NCBI RefSeq assembly: GCF_018977255.1
Contig: NW_024704762.1
Coordinates: 7,316,001 to 7,380,000, forward strand
Source of the DNA: Callorhinchus milii
Taxonomy: Eukaryota
Reading direction: 5' to 3'
Length of the DNA: 64,000 nucleotides
Shown here one piece after another: positions 22,859 through 35,800 of this stretch. The notes beneath the pieces are model-generated. The model was not told the origin of the DNA. It made no database searches and worked only from the letters and a program-made list of their open reading frames with translations. The translations under genes and the position numbers were made by a program. The first letter of the stretch is position 1; each line of letters begins with the position of its first letter.

Positions 22859-25800
22859 TGACTCTTTACCTTAAGATGCTGAGCGATCAGTCTCCACGTT
22901 ACATGGCGTTTCCTCTTTCTGGTTAGGTTGTGAATCCATGACTTTTATTTCCCAAAGTATTGCTATTTTGTGTAATGAAATGTTGAGCAGGTTTGTTGTG
23001 TATCACAAGTTGTAATAGCTGCTGGGCTGGGTGTTAGCTGCTTGTATCTGCGTGTACAGAATTTAAGTTATTTCTGGGTTTGTGAAACTTTGGCACTGAA
23101 TCCTTGTGTGATAGCTGTCTTCCAAAATGATATATTTTTTAAAAAAACATGATCCTTCAAAGACTCTTGCCAGCTCATTTTTTAACAAACTGTTTTTCGA
23201 GAATCACCGAAGCTAACTAATGTCCGATCAGTTTAATTTGCGATGTGTTTGAAGTATGTGCTTTCAGAATTTGTAACCTTCTGTCTGACACAAGGAGACA
23301 AGGCTTTTACTTACTGTAGGTACAGTCTATGTTTCAGAAGTCGGCAGTACCTTCTGGCTACAGATACACAACCCAGTGTTTTGCTGAATGAGATATTGCC
23401 GTTACATTGATTCCTCAGATCTACACTTCTGATCAATAAAAAGAAAAGCCATTTTATGTTTAAACAGAGGAGGAAGTATTGAAAGGAGGTGTGGAGGTGG
23501 AAGCCTTTGTTTCTTAATGCCACTTAAACCAATTTTTTTTTTAAAAAAATTACAGCAACATTAATAATAGTAATAATAATCCTTGCATTTAACATAGCGT
23601 CTTCTCACGTCAGGAGGATGTCTCAAAGGATGCCTGTGTATTTATTTGTAGGTAAAGTATCTATCATTCTTAAGTATACACAGTTGGAAAATTGCTACCT
23701 TCAGGGAATCCAGTTTGTAATCTAGTTGTGCAATTTTGATAAAAAAAATGTGTTTGTATCTTTCGAGGTGACAGTGCTTTCATAACCAAGTGGAGGTCAT
23801 CTGGGCTGCTGCGTGATGGATTTGGGACTGAGTCTTTGCCGATGGAGTACATTGCACTGGTGTTTCATTGTTTAACCGGCAGCATGCCATATGTCTGCAT
23901 CCTGTTCTATAGATAGTATTTCTGTGCTGAGTGTCAATACATCACAGGCTAGCGACGTTTAACTGTCTGGGACTTATTTGGGGGAATTTTTGCTCTCAGG
24001 ACAGAACAGAACTGCAGTTGTTTAATTTGCTTGATGTGGAGTAGAGGGTGGGTTGGATTAGCAGCATTGTCAATATTGCTGGCTCATAAGACCTGATGGA
24101 CTTACAATCAACTAGCTTGTCTCCAGAACTTATTTCTCAGCTATGCTTGAATTGCGTTTTAAAGAGAAAATGTTTTGGGTTTTTTTGGTTCTGTTTCTCC
24201 ACATAACATCCTTGGCTGTGAGACGATTGTGCTCAGGCCTGTGTCATCCTCATTTATTTTCCCCCCTAATTATTTCTCTTTGTCATGACTGAGCGAACTT
24301 TCAGTTTTTTCTTTCTCTTGCCTGGCTTTTCACTGTGCGTGCGTGCTAAAAGGCTTCCATTGACGTCACGTGTTCTCTGAATTAGCAGTGATCGTTCAGT
24401 CTGTTACTCAGAATGTTTTCCTCTTTCTCCGTCCTGTACCCTCCGCCGTACTCTCCCAGGGTTCCTAATAATCATTCTCTGGGACGCTACCCTGCATGAG
24501 AGGCACTATATAAATGCAAGTTGTTGTTGAGTTATATCACTGGAGGTCAGGGTGCTAATTATTTGGGCTCTAGTGATTTGAGAGGCTTTTTCACTGGGAT
24601 TCACCCAGGCTGAGACGCAAACGTGAGAAATTGTGTTTTGTCCTGCCTAAATCGTGTTCTGCTTCCCAGTGAGCCGAATTTGTGAGAGCCTGTAACCGTC
24701 TGACACAAGGAGACGTGAACAGACTTTAGATGATTTTTTTCCTCTTAATTCTTTCCACCCTGAAGATGTTTTGATTGCTTTTTTCCTGCTATGGGACACG
24801 ATTCCCTTATCATCGATTACGGGAGGAGGGAAGCTTCATAACTAAACCCAATCCTGTCTTTGTCGAATGTCCAAACACACACATATGTTCCAACAAAAGA
24901 TCCATTGATACTGATCAAGAACTGGAACCCTTTGTGATTTCTCCCTCTTTAAACCCAGCCCGCTGAGCATTTCTGGTCTGTTGCTTTGGACTGCTTTTCG
25001 GGCAGTTCTTCTGTTCGCTTGGTCATTGGGGAGCTTCAACATGTTATTTAAGGAGCTTTTTGCAGTTATATGCTGGCACAGTCAGATCGGGAATGCTGAA
25101 TTACAAAAGATCAGCAGAACATTGAAGCGAGTTTGCGAACGGGGCTGATGATGCAGCAAAGATTCTGTGGACGAAGCAGTCAGATCATCTCGCTGGGTCC
25201 TGCGCTCTGCAGTGGGGAAAGTAGAGCATTGTTACTGACTATTATTTAGCCAACAGGAACCATGGTGTGTATTACAAATAAAATATATTTTTTGTATCAG
25301 GCAATCTTTTACATGTATTCATTTGGGGAACTGTGTACATCATGGCTGGGAGCAGCCAGCACATCAGATATCTGTCCTTTCCTCAGGAATATCTTGCTGA
25401 GTTACTTTCAGACCAATCACAGACTGATTATAACTGTTAAGATAATTAAACGTGTGTGGTGTGTGTGTGCCATTGTTTTCATGGCAGATAATGGTCCATC
25501 GCTATGTTCAGTGACGCATCTTCCATGACACGGATGGAGTGAGGACGTTACTGGGATCAGACATTGTTACACTCGACTCATTTGCAATTGAAATAAAAAA
25601 TTAATTGTAGAAAAAGAAATTGGGGAAGCAGGACTTTGTGAAATCCTGAAAGTCAAAGGTATGATATCTTGGAACTCCACCTCATGTAGGTTTTTATATG
25701 CCTATAAAGTCTTCATTCTGAACAGCCATCTGCAGAAGCATGCCCTCGATCAATTAAGCCATCAGGCTTTTCTGTTTAAAGAAAAATAGCAGTTACATGA

Positions 25801-27029
25801 AGTAGAAATGGTCGACAATAATTCTGTGAATATTGAAGGAGCTTGTGTGAAAATGAGCATCAGGATTGTAATTTATGAGCGAGCTTATTGTCAGATTCGC
25901 ATAAATTCTTGCCGCAACATAATTGACCTTTTACATCCTTACTCAGAACTAAAGCCGTGAAATTACGCTTCAGTTTTCCACTGCTGATTGAAAGCTGATC
26001 AATTGTTTTAAAGTGATGGGCAGCTCACAATTAACTCTTGGGATCCACTAATTGCCAACTGTATTTAGCAGCTGCAGATGTTAATTGTGTTTGAGAGCGT
26101 GAAACGTTGTACCCTAGGTTCCACACAGGAATCTCAGGGGGATGCGCTTGTCTGTTTTTTTCTCTAAGTCCATATGATATGATTCACAATTCCAAAATTT
26201 GTATAATACCGCACTCGGTGTCTATGTTTCCACACAGAAAATGAGTGCTAGAGTGAGATACCAGAAGACCTGTGACTGCTAAGGATGAAAGGTTGGAGGG
26301 AAGAGGGAAATGCATACTGTGGTGTCACAAGAGATACAGGACATATATTTGGGCTAAGGATATATGATGAGCTGAAGCCAAGTGCCTCCCTGAAGGAAGG
26401 GAGCCACCTCAATATAAAATAATTAGTTCACAGTTAAAGAGCGCAGCTGCTGTAAGATATAACGATAAAAGCACATAACGTCAAGTATGTCTCTGTCCGA
26501 AGGGAGTCGTTTCAATATAAAAATAATTAGTTCACACACCTAAAGAGCACAAAAGCTACCAGGAACCATATAATACTAGGAGCTTCCCCATTGCCATGTC
26601 AAATAATTAGGTCATTTGTGAAGAACACAAACTCTTGTCAGGAGGAACAATGAAGCACTATAAATCTACAACACAGTAGGAGGCCATTTGACCCATTGTA
26701 GTAAGTGTTGGTCTTTCGACCTTCCATGAAATCCATTAAATTATAGTTCAAGCACAGGTTAGCAATTGGTTTAGAAGCAATAGGTCCTGCTTGTAACGCC
26801 ACAACTGTTGGTGATACTAGCCTATGTCAAGGCAGATGAATATTATGAGGAATATAAATGGCATTCAGGAAGATGTAGACCAGCAAACAGATGGGACAAT
26901 GAGTGAGTTCTGGGCATTGTAGATGAATGCAATGTGATGAACATTGAACAAGAAGCTGTGTGAGGTGCCCATTAGCAGGAGGAGGAGTAGTTATTGATCG
27001 ATCATTAAAAGTTTCCACTAATTATGAAA

Positions 27030-27330
27030 TTGCTGTTGTCCGACTGATTAAAATACCAGGTTACATTGTGAATGTATTTGATTAAAAGTCAAAATAAGTC
27101 TCTGACCTTGTGTAGATCTCTTGGGAGACCACATTTAGAAATGTTGTATGCAGGTGTGGGCACCTGACCTTCAAAGGGATTTTGAAGCATTGGAGAGGTG
27201 GTAGAATGATCAAGAGGGAATGATTCTGAGGAATAGGTCCTAATCACAAGGAGGGGCTCACAGAGCGAGACTTATTCTCACTTGAAAAAAGATTGATTGG
27301 GGAGGAGGGAGGGGGCTTCATTCAGGCCTT
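27030..27330 (+). mobile_element. Degenerate CR1 RT fragment (other CR1-like pieces near 35730-35985, 41615-41705, 45530-45720)
   Basis: AGACCACATTTAGAA..TGTATGCAGGTGTGGGCACC resembles the CR1 RPHLEYCVQFWAP segment. Confidence 0.5.
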
Positions 27331-28599
27331 TATTGAGACATCTTGACATGATAAGGCACTGTATCAAGTGCAAGGATTAATCTTATTATTTATTCGATTC
27401 ATAAACTATAGAAACTTCCAGCCCGCTCCTGAAAGATCTGTCATTCTATATTGTTATCCGCTTTCCCCACTCCCTCAATTGTGTTCTGTCATTTGCCATT
27501 GTATATTTAGGCTGTCAACCTCTCTTTCCCCTCACCCCCATTGGTTATATGCCAACTTGTAACTCGAGGAATCTCTCATTCTATACATAATCCACCAATC
27601 CCTCCATTAGATTGCAGCACCACAACACAGTGATTACTTGTCTTAATAATAATAATAATCCTTGCATTAGATATAGCTTCTCATCATGTCATTGAGATGT
27701 CTCAAAGTGCTTCACAGGATATACTGTAAAGACTGTATATTTTGTGGACGAAACACTACAGCCAATTGCACACAGGAGTGTCCCACAAACAGTCGTGGAT
27801 TGAGCGACCAAATTCTTATCATCATCATTATTATTATTATTATTATTTTCCATTCATCTTTCGTTCATGGTTTCCATTCATCCTATTCGCGGTTAGATTT
27901 TGGAAATATTACGAGTGATGCATTGGGTGGTGGTGGGTGGGTGGGAGAAGGAGGAGGAGAGAGAGAGAAGGGGGGAGGAGGCTTTGAATGAAAGAGAATG
28001 TTAGAGGCTTGTCTCTCACAGTCCCTTCCTTCCCAGAGCCGTGTTCACAGCACCATGCTCTAATCTTGTCAGCCAGTCCCACAAAAGCAGGTAAGTGATG
28101 GGTGTGTTGGGGGAGAGACAGAGAAAGGGAAACCTTTTGGCTTGGAGCAAACGGTGCAAGAGGACCATTCGTGTGGTGGGGGGAGAGATAGAGAGAGAGA
28201 GACACACACACACACACACACAGATAGATAGAGAGAAAACGGTGCATTTATATCCAGATGTGTCCGCCCAGTAATGTAAAAATATCAGCACTCCACTGTT
28301 CAATGTGAGAAAGAACAATTTCGCCATCACTTCAATTAGGGAAAGGGAATATCTTGCAATCGATGTCACCCACTCCCAGAGGTTGGGTTACATTACATTA
28401 CACTGGAAAAAGGGGGTGGGGGGGGGGGGGGTTGGGTTAGGGTGGGGAGAGAGATTGATTTGCAAAGATCTGTTGAGATATTTGTCAGTGAGGTTAGGAG
28501 GAGGTTTTGGGGGGGAAATGTGCTGAGCTCAGGAGCTGTCCTTGATGCTAAAGCAATGCTCCACTCGACTAGATCTTAAAAGCAGCCAAACACAACCCA

Positions 28600-28875
28600 A
28601 CAACAGCCCAGAGATAAACGGGGGTGCGAGGAGGAGGAGGAGGAGAGAGAGAGAGAGGGAGGGGGAGAGGAGAGGGGGAAAAAAAGGTACCATGCAATGC
28701 AAACGCGCTGTGCATTCTTATGTCATTGAAGCCGGAGTCGCTATTCCTCAGTGTGCAAACGAGATGTGAAATAGTAGTAAAACCCACTGTCCAATCGCGA
28801 ACACAAGCTGATCAGGAACAGACGTGGGGGGGGGGACAAGGATTTATTTAAGCCTTTCTGAGAGCGATCTGGTAG
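28600..28875 (+). other. DIRAS1: Probable DIRAS1 promoter and non-coding exon 1
   Basis: Local CpG and GA-rich segment ending in donor TAG|gtaagg at 28876; partner acceptor tttgtag ending 32212, 19 nt before the ATG. Confidence 0.55.
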
Positions 28876-29399
28876 GTAAGGAGGGAAGCTTGGGGGGTTG
28901 TAAGAGAGAGAGAGTGTGTGTGTGTGTTGGAGAAGCACCAGGCGAGGAGATGAAAGGCGATTTAACGTCAAATAATTGAATGTGAATTTTTTTTTAATTC
29001 AACATAAAAAAAACACACACAAGAGACAAAGGCAGTGGTGGGGAAGACCAGACTATCCGTTTGGGTGCATGTGAGCGTGAACAGTGAGTATGATGAGGTG
29101 GGTGTGAGTGTGTCAAACGTTTAGGTGCAAAGGTAAGGATTAGTGTGTGTAAAACTGTGGGCGAGTGTGTCAGTCGGTGAAACAGAGCGTGTGGAGTGTG
29201 CAACTGACAGATAAATAAATGTCTGCGCATTCAGAGGGGGGTGGGGGAGTAGGGGGATATTTTTTTGAATAGAAGCTGTCTCTGTGAGAGACCAAACCAT
29301 TTATCTTTCCTGTCGGATTGTGGTCGTGGCTGGAAAGTTTTTGCTGAGCGAGCAGTGACGAGGTAATCATTCAGACCCAGTCTGTCAACCTTGAAATAA

Positions 29400-29632
29400 T
29401 ACACATATTTATATATATATACATATATATAATATACATATATGTGTGTACTGTATACCGTGTATATGTATTATACTAAATATATATACAATTATATATT
29501 ATATAATGTACATTCTATATGATGTTTAATATATATGTGTTGTCTATATACAGTTATAAGTATATATACGCAAACATATAGTATTTATATGTGTATATAG
29601 AAAGGTTTTTTTTTAATTGATATATATGTATT
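29400..29632. repeat. AT-rich (TA)n-like low-complexity tract
   Basis: Directly visible. Confidence 0.85.
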
Positions 29633-31164
29633 CTGGGAAATTGCAATACGGATGAGATGGGACGTTTTGGAGGATATGTCATGTGTGTGTGTGTGTTTTT
29701 TACCCGTTTAAGGTATTAAAAAAAAAGCTCCCTTTCTGGAAGAGTATTATTTTTTGCACGATATTTGAACCCTTCTTGCGTTTGGATCGCAAATAAAACG
29801 TTTCCCAAATAATGAATGCGCCGAAGATTTCTATGGCTGTGTTGTTTTTTTTTAGCGAATCCTCCCCAAAATGCGAGCGGTATCTGGAGTTACTAACTGA
29901 GCAATTCGGATGGGAAAACGTGACTGATTTAATCTGTGGTTTGCAGCGACTCCGAATACAGTATTGAGTGTGTAACTCACATGATGTGGTGGAGGAAATG
30001 TGAAGAGATTTCACAAAGGGAAAGAATAATCGTTTGAACGTGTTTCTTTTTGGGCTTTAGATTGGTCACTCAATTTGGCGTAGGTAGAAGCCTCTTGTAT
30101 TCACATAATATTTGTGTTTCTAAAAAAAAAAGGCATTGCACATTTGCACGTATAATGTTATGCGGAGGGTTAAAGCTTTTCATCGTTGCAGACGTGACTC
30201 GAAAGTTCAGGCATGGTATTGCAATGCTTCTTGCAATGGCTTTGCATGCAAAAATCTGACCAAGTGCAAGTCACCTTAGGAAAGGAGAAAGGAATTCGTA
30301 GGTGGGGATGCGAGGAATTCTCAGCTTGGTTTGGATACTCTTCAGCATGGCGATGGGTTTCAGCAGGTGTCAGACCCCCACCAAAAAGAAAAAGGACAGG
30401 AAAAGGGGGGAAATGAAACCTTTACAATCCACCTTCATTTCTAAAGTATTCGCAACTTAATCTGACAATAACCTTCCGAGAAAGTCCACAAATGAATCAC
30501 TTTGCAGAGTGAAACAGATGAGTATTTTCAAACTTCCAATCGTTAGCCCTAACTTTGAAGGGTTGCATTAGAAATACCATCAGGAAGTGCCCTCTTCCCC
30601 CACTCCCACCTGCCCAATGTCAATGTAATTTGGGGAGGTTAAGTTAATGATATAACTCACTCAAGCACCAGCATCTCATGTGGTCTGAAACAAACACACA
30701 GAATTTTAAACTTTTAACTGATGATGATACTTTAAAACTAGAGAATTGGGTTTTACAGTGTTTGTGATTCCTAACTTTGATATCAATTGTCAGAGAGAGA
30801 TGGTCATAATAAAACTGTAAGTATTACTTCAGGGATGAATTTCAGTTCAGTTATTAACTAAATACCCATTCATCATTGCGCTTGTGAGAGAATAGAAAAT
30901 GGCAACGTGGAATTCAAATAATAAAAATAATCTTTACATTTGGCTTAGAGCCTTTCCTGTTAGGAGGATGTCTCACCGATATTACTGTAAAGTGTAGTGA
31001 CTGTGTTTTGTTGGCTTGCGCTGTATCTTTACACTGGCCAGGAGGGATAGAAATTTAAATGTTTAATTGATGATGATACTTCAAAGCTAGAGAATTGGGT
31101 TTTACAATGTCTGTGATTCCTAACTTTGATATCAATTATCAGAGAGAGATGGGCATACTAAAAT

Positions 31165-31571
31165 TAACAATCCTTGCATTTGATACATTGCCTTATCACA
31201 TCAAAATCTCTCAAAGCATTTTACAGAGTTTTCTGTAAAGTGTAGTGACTGTTTATTTGTGGGCAAACGCAGCAGCCAATTTGTACATAGGAATGTTCTA
31301 CAGACTGCCAGAAATTAATAATCAATTGTGTATCTGGGGATTGTTGGCCAGGAACCCAAAGAGAAACTCCTTTTTCTTTTCAAATAGTCTGCCCCGGGAT
31401 CCTTAACATCCACCTGAATAGATAGATGGGACCTTGGTTTAACATTTATTCAAAGGATGGCACCTCCTTTGCATTGGAGTGAAGCCTAGACTATGAGCTC
31501 AAAGTCCCAGCATGGGGCTTGAACCCATACCTTTCTGACTCGGAAGAGACTGCTACCAACTGAGCCAGGCT
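31165..31571 (-). mobile_element. Near full-length Deu-domain tRNA-SINE (SacSINE1/AmnSINE1-like)
   Basis: Minus strand reads tRNA head TGGCTCAGTTGG...GGTTCAAGCCC, Deu core TTAAACCAAGGTCCC...CAGGTGGATGTTAAGGATCCC, then LINE-like tail TATCAAATGCAAGGATT. Confidence 0.8.
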
Positions 31572-32231
31572 TATACTTGGGAAGCTATTTCTATTTTCCC
31601 TTGAAGTATTGTTAATGACAGTGCAAGCTGTTGACTCACACGTGTGCCACTGCTGATAACAGGTGAGTGAGGTGGTACACTAATAGACATTTTTTGCTGC
31701 AGTCTGTTGTTTGATAGCATCTGTTTTCTGAAGCTAAAGCCCAGTTGCATTATTGAATGTTCTGATACATAGGACACATGGATCTGTGGCCCAGCACAAC
31801 TCTATTTCTTCAGGAAAGGGAGAAGAGAGAAATCGGCAAATTACTGTAAATTTAGTTGATCAGAAGTTCTGCTGATAGTTTGGGATATTAATAGACTGTC
31901 CAATAGAGAAGTGTCAGATCAGAATGTCAGCAAATCGGATATTTCTGGCTTGCATGCCAAAAAAAACTCAAGTTGACATCTCTCTCTTGCCTGTAGTGGC
32001 AAATAGCCTGTTTGCTAATGGCTTCTATCTGTTAATCAGCCAAAGATGGCCCAGATTGCATATCAGCTGCTTTTAACTTTGTGCCATTAATGGATGGTCA
32101 GGTTATTGGAAAAGTGATTCAACAGCTGTGGCCGTTCCAAATCGTTTTGTGTGAATGTGATCACCGATGCGTTCTGCTGCTAGGCTCTTATTATTCTACT
32201 GTTTATTTGTAGGTAAAGAAGAGCTGAGAAA

Positions 32232-32828
32232 ATGCCTGAACAGAGCAATGATTACAATGTGGTGGTGTTTGGGGCTGGGGGTGTTGGGAAAAGCTCCCTG
32301 GTGCTACGTTTTGTCAAAGGGACATTTCACGAGACCTACATTCCCACCATCGAAGACACCTACAGGCAGGTGATCAGCTGTGACAAGAGTGTCTGCACCC
32401 TTCAGATCACTGACACCACTGGCTCCCATCAGTTTCCAGCCATGCAGCGCCTGTCTATCTCTAAAGGCCATGCCTTTATCTTGGTCTATTCTATCTGCAG
32501 TAGGCAATCTCTGGAGGAGCTGAAACCCATCTACCAGCAGATCCTCCAGATCAAAGGCAGTATTGACAATATCCCGGTCATGTTGGTGGGAAACAAGTGT
32601 GATGAAACAGTCAAGGAAGTGGATTCAAAGGAAGGGGAGGCTCTGGCCAAGGAGTGGAAATGCGCCTTCATGGAGACTTCGGCCAAGTTGAACCACAATG
32701 TCAAGGAGCTCTTCCAGGAGCTGCTGAACTTGGAAAAGCACCGGTCAATGAGCCTGAACATCGGTGGCAAAAAATCCAAGCAGCAGAAGAGAACCGAGAA
32801 GTTGAAGGGAAAATGTAACCTGATGTAG
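32232..32828 (+). CDS. DIRAS1: DIRAS family GTPase 1 (Di-Ras1)
   Basis: [16 protein letters not shown], Di-Ras-specific [25 protein letters not shown]; 198 aa; adjacent to SLC39A3. Confidence 0.93.
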   Translation: MPEQSNDYNVVVFGAGGVGKSSLVLRFVKGTFHETYIPTIEDTYRQVISCDKSVCTLQITDTTGSHQFPAMQRLSISKGHAFILVYSICSRQSLEELKPIYQQILQIKGSIDNIPVMLVGNKCDETVKEVDSKEGEALAKEWKCAFMETSAKLNHNVKELFQELLNLEKHRSMSLNIGGKKSKQQKRTEKLKGKCNLM

Positions 32829-35800
32829 ATCAGTCTCCAGTGGAGTAGCTTCGCTCAGTAAGGCTATGAAACTGACTGTGTGGAAGCAACACCAGGCTCT
32901 TCCTTCTCTGATCCTACTCCTCCATCCCCTGTCAGCCTGCCTGAGAGAGATCTATACCACACGATTTAATTGGTTTTACGCATTGCACTTTCTCGTTATT
33001 TACCGTTATGGCAATAAAATTCTTCAAAGCTCAGCACATATAGAAACAATAGTCAGAGACAAAAGTAATTGACTCAGTCCCAAGAAGATGCATGTTATCT
33101 GGTCTATATTGGTATTATACCTCCCTCTTCTCTGTGACCATAAACTTCTGAACACCCATTCTCCCACCCACCCCTCCCCCTTGTCTCCTTGCACATGCCA
33201 GAATGTTGGCGACAAGGAAAAATGCTAGTAGTTAGGATTAATTCACGTATATTTGGCCTTCCCCCATGTTCCCTTCATCATAATGTCCATTTCCTAAATG
33301 TGTTAGCTTTTTAAATGTTGCCGTTGTAAAAAGGACATTCCTAGTAATATCATTAGTGTACGTGGCTTCCAATTGAAGTTTCCTACCTGTATCTCTGTAA
33401 ATAATCAATCTACTCACCACTTATATAAACCTTTGTTACTGTGATAATGGGATGTCCCCATGCCAGGATAGGTGGGGACATTGAAACTAGAAGCACAAAG
33501 ACTTTGAGTAGTTGGGCACAAGGAAACTTTGCACCTTGGGCCTGTGTAAAACGTGGTGCAAATGCCTAAACAGGGGACAAGGAGGCATTCCCCATTTCCC
33601 CATGCAATCAGTAATATACACTGTATTTGGTTTGACTTCCACCTCCGATCCTCCCACCCTGCCTCTCTCCCCCCCCTCTCCCCGCATCCCTCCCTAGAAC
33701 TTTATATACAGAACAAAAACACTTGTCTGCTCAGGGTCTAAGCTGGGGGGGAGGGGGGAGTGTGCTCTTAGTGCAGGTCAAGGTTATCAAACAGGTTACT
33801 GTCCATTGCACAATTTGGTTGAGTTATAAAGAAGGATTGAAAGTTTGCAGGAGGAGCATTGGACTGGGGGTGAGATGTAAAAAAACAGATGTAGCATTAA
33901 TGTTGTGTCAATTGTGTTTTTTTTTAAATGAGACTGTTCACTGTAAGATATGGATATCCTCATCACTACCAACCTGTGCTGAGGAAGAGCCAAATTGGAG
34001 TGCAAGAGAACAGCTGGACTTTGGCATCTTAAGCTGTGGTCCGTTGTGGCAAGGCTGGCTCTTCTGGTAAACGTCGCTGACTCTTCAGCATCTTAAGCAA
34101 TACTAACAGCTGACTCAGGATGTCCAGATGTCTGATTACGTTCCACACAAGGTGATCTTATAACCAATCCTATTGGGGTTCATGTTGAATGACGATTGCA
34201 TCCATCATTGACTTTCCTTTTCGGATATGTGGAGGAAAACCAGTTTGATCTTGTCTTGCATCTGATGCCAGTTGTCGGGTTGCCTCTTGAGAATTGTGCC
34301 CACAAAGTGAGGCCATGTGAAGCCATCTTCTGAATCGGAAGGATTTCTCACTCTCCACAAGTCAACAAAGTGATCAGAGTGTATAATTCAAGGTCATTTT
34401 CGATGAGTCGTCAAATAATGGCCATTGTGAACTGCGGTTTGTTGAGATCGCCCCAAACGCACCATAAAAATCTCGGAATAGTCCATTTCTCTAAAAGTTT
34501 AGGCTCAGTCAGCCGAGATCTAGATTTGGAAATCTTCCTTCCAGAATTCGGTTACCAGAATCGAACATGACTTACTTCCTAATTTCAATATTAGCTTCCT
34601 GGTTCCTCCAAAATCTTTATGATTCACTGCCTGTTCTTCGTAGGGCCTCACTACTGTCTCCATCTTGTTAGGAGTAGAACTTCAATGCTCAGCTGCCTGG
34701 CTTCTGTCATCCGCTTGCTAAAGGGTGAATACCCACCCCCTTTCCCTCCAACACCTCCTTGTTAAATACGTCCACAGAATCCGTCTATTAAATATACCCG
34801 CAACGCTCCCCTGTTGGGTAACCACTGGACAGTGTGAGAGAATTCACACAAGTCTTCAGTCCGAGTGAACAAGGCGTCTTGTTGCAGTCTGAAAGACAAT
34901 GGTAGTGGTGTCCACAAGGATTGAACAAAACATCGTCAGACACTGTAAGCCTCGATCAGAGCCGCTGAACAGCTGCATGTGGAATTGGAATGCCAGAGAG
35001 AAATTCACAGAGCATCCCCATGTGTGAAGTATACCCATTTCCATCGAGGTTAACACATCAACTCAGCCCTGTACAGGACACCTTTCAATCATGAAGTGTA
35101 TTAACTCCAGCATGACGAGGATACTCAAGGTACCGCCTGCTCCCTCCGAGAAGCTAGAATTACACATGATAATATTTTTATGAAATTTAAGATTTATTGT
35201 AGAACATAGTCTTCCTCCGACACATGAACTGGTGCCATGTCTCCTCTGAACTATGTCCTGCTGAATAGTTTTCTAATAAAATGAGGGAAATGTATCATGT
35301 TGGTGCTGGTGCGTTGTGTGGGCAACAAACAGTTAAACAGCACTCTACACTTGAGAGGTACAGGAATTAAACAGAACACGGACTGAACCAGTGACAATGT
35401 CATTGTAATCAACATGACTGCCTGTGGTTTGTATGCTGTATACTGGTACACAACAGTGCGCATTAGCACCTGTCTGAGGTTTGCATTACATGCGCACGAC
35501 CTCTAGCCAGACCGACACTCAGGCAAGCAAACCCTACTGTTGAAAAGATAAGCTACATTGAAAGATCAGATAAATTAGGTTTCATCAGCCTTCAAATCAG
35601 ATGCCTCAGATGGAGCCTTGAAAAGAGATTTCTCAGAAGGCACCTCATAGAAATATGTATACAAATGCTAAATGAGGTTGAGAAATAAACTCAAAATAAT
35701 AAAATAATACTTAAAAATAAAGTAGGATGAGAGGGCTGAGGTTCGGGTGGTGAAGAGAAAGTTCAGGACAGTCCGGAAGTATTTCTTTACGTAAAAGGTG

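Noticed and set aside
22856-22861. Selenocysteine readthrough at the tandem TGA of SLC39A3
   Set aside because: No SECIS recognised, the homologous residue is Trp rather than Cys, and ZIP proteins are not known selenoproteins.
26379-26614. CRISPR-like repeat-spacer array
   Set aside because: Vertebrate DNA, only 2-3 degenerate units, related spacers and no cas genes.
30718-30795. Duplicated C/D-box snoRNA (ATGATGA at the start of both 115-bp copies)
   Set aside because: No terminal CTGA D box or terminal stem on the same strand.
32232-32828. DIRAS2 instead of DIRAS1
   Set aside because: 198-aa length, KSVCTL, a C-x-LM ending and linkage to SLC39A3/SGTA favour DIRAS1.
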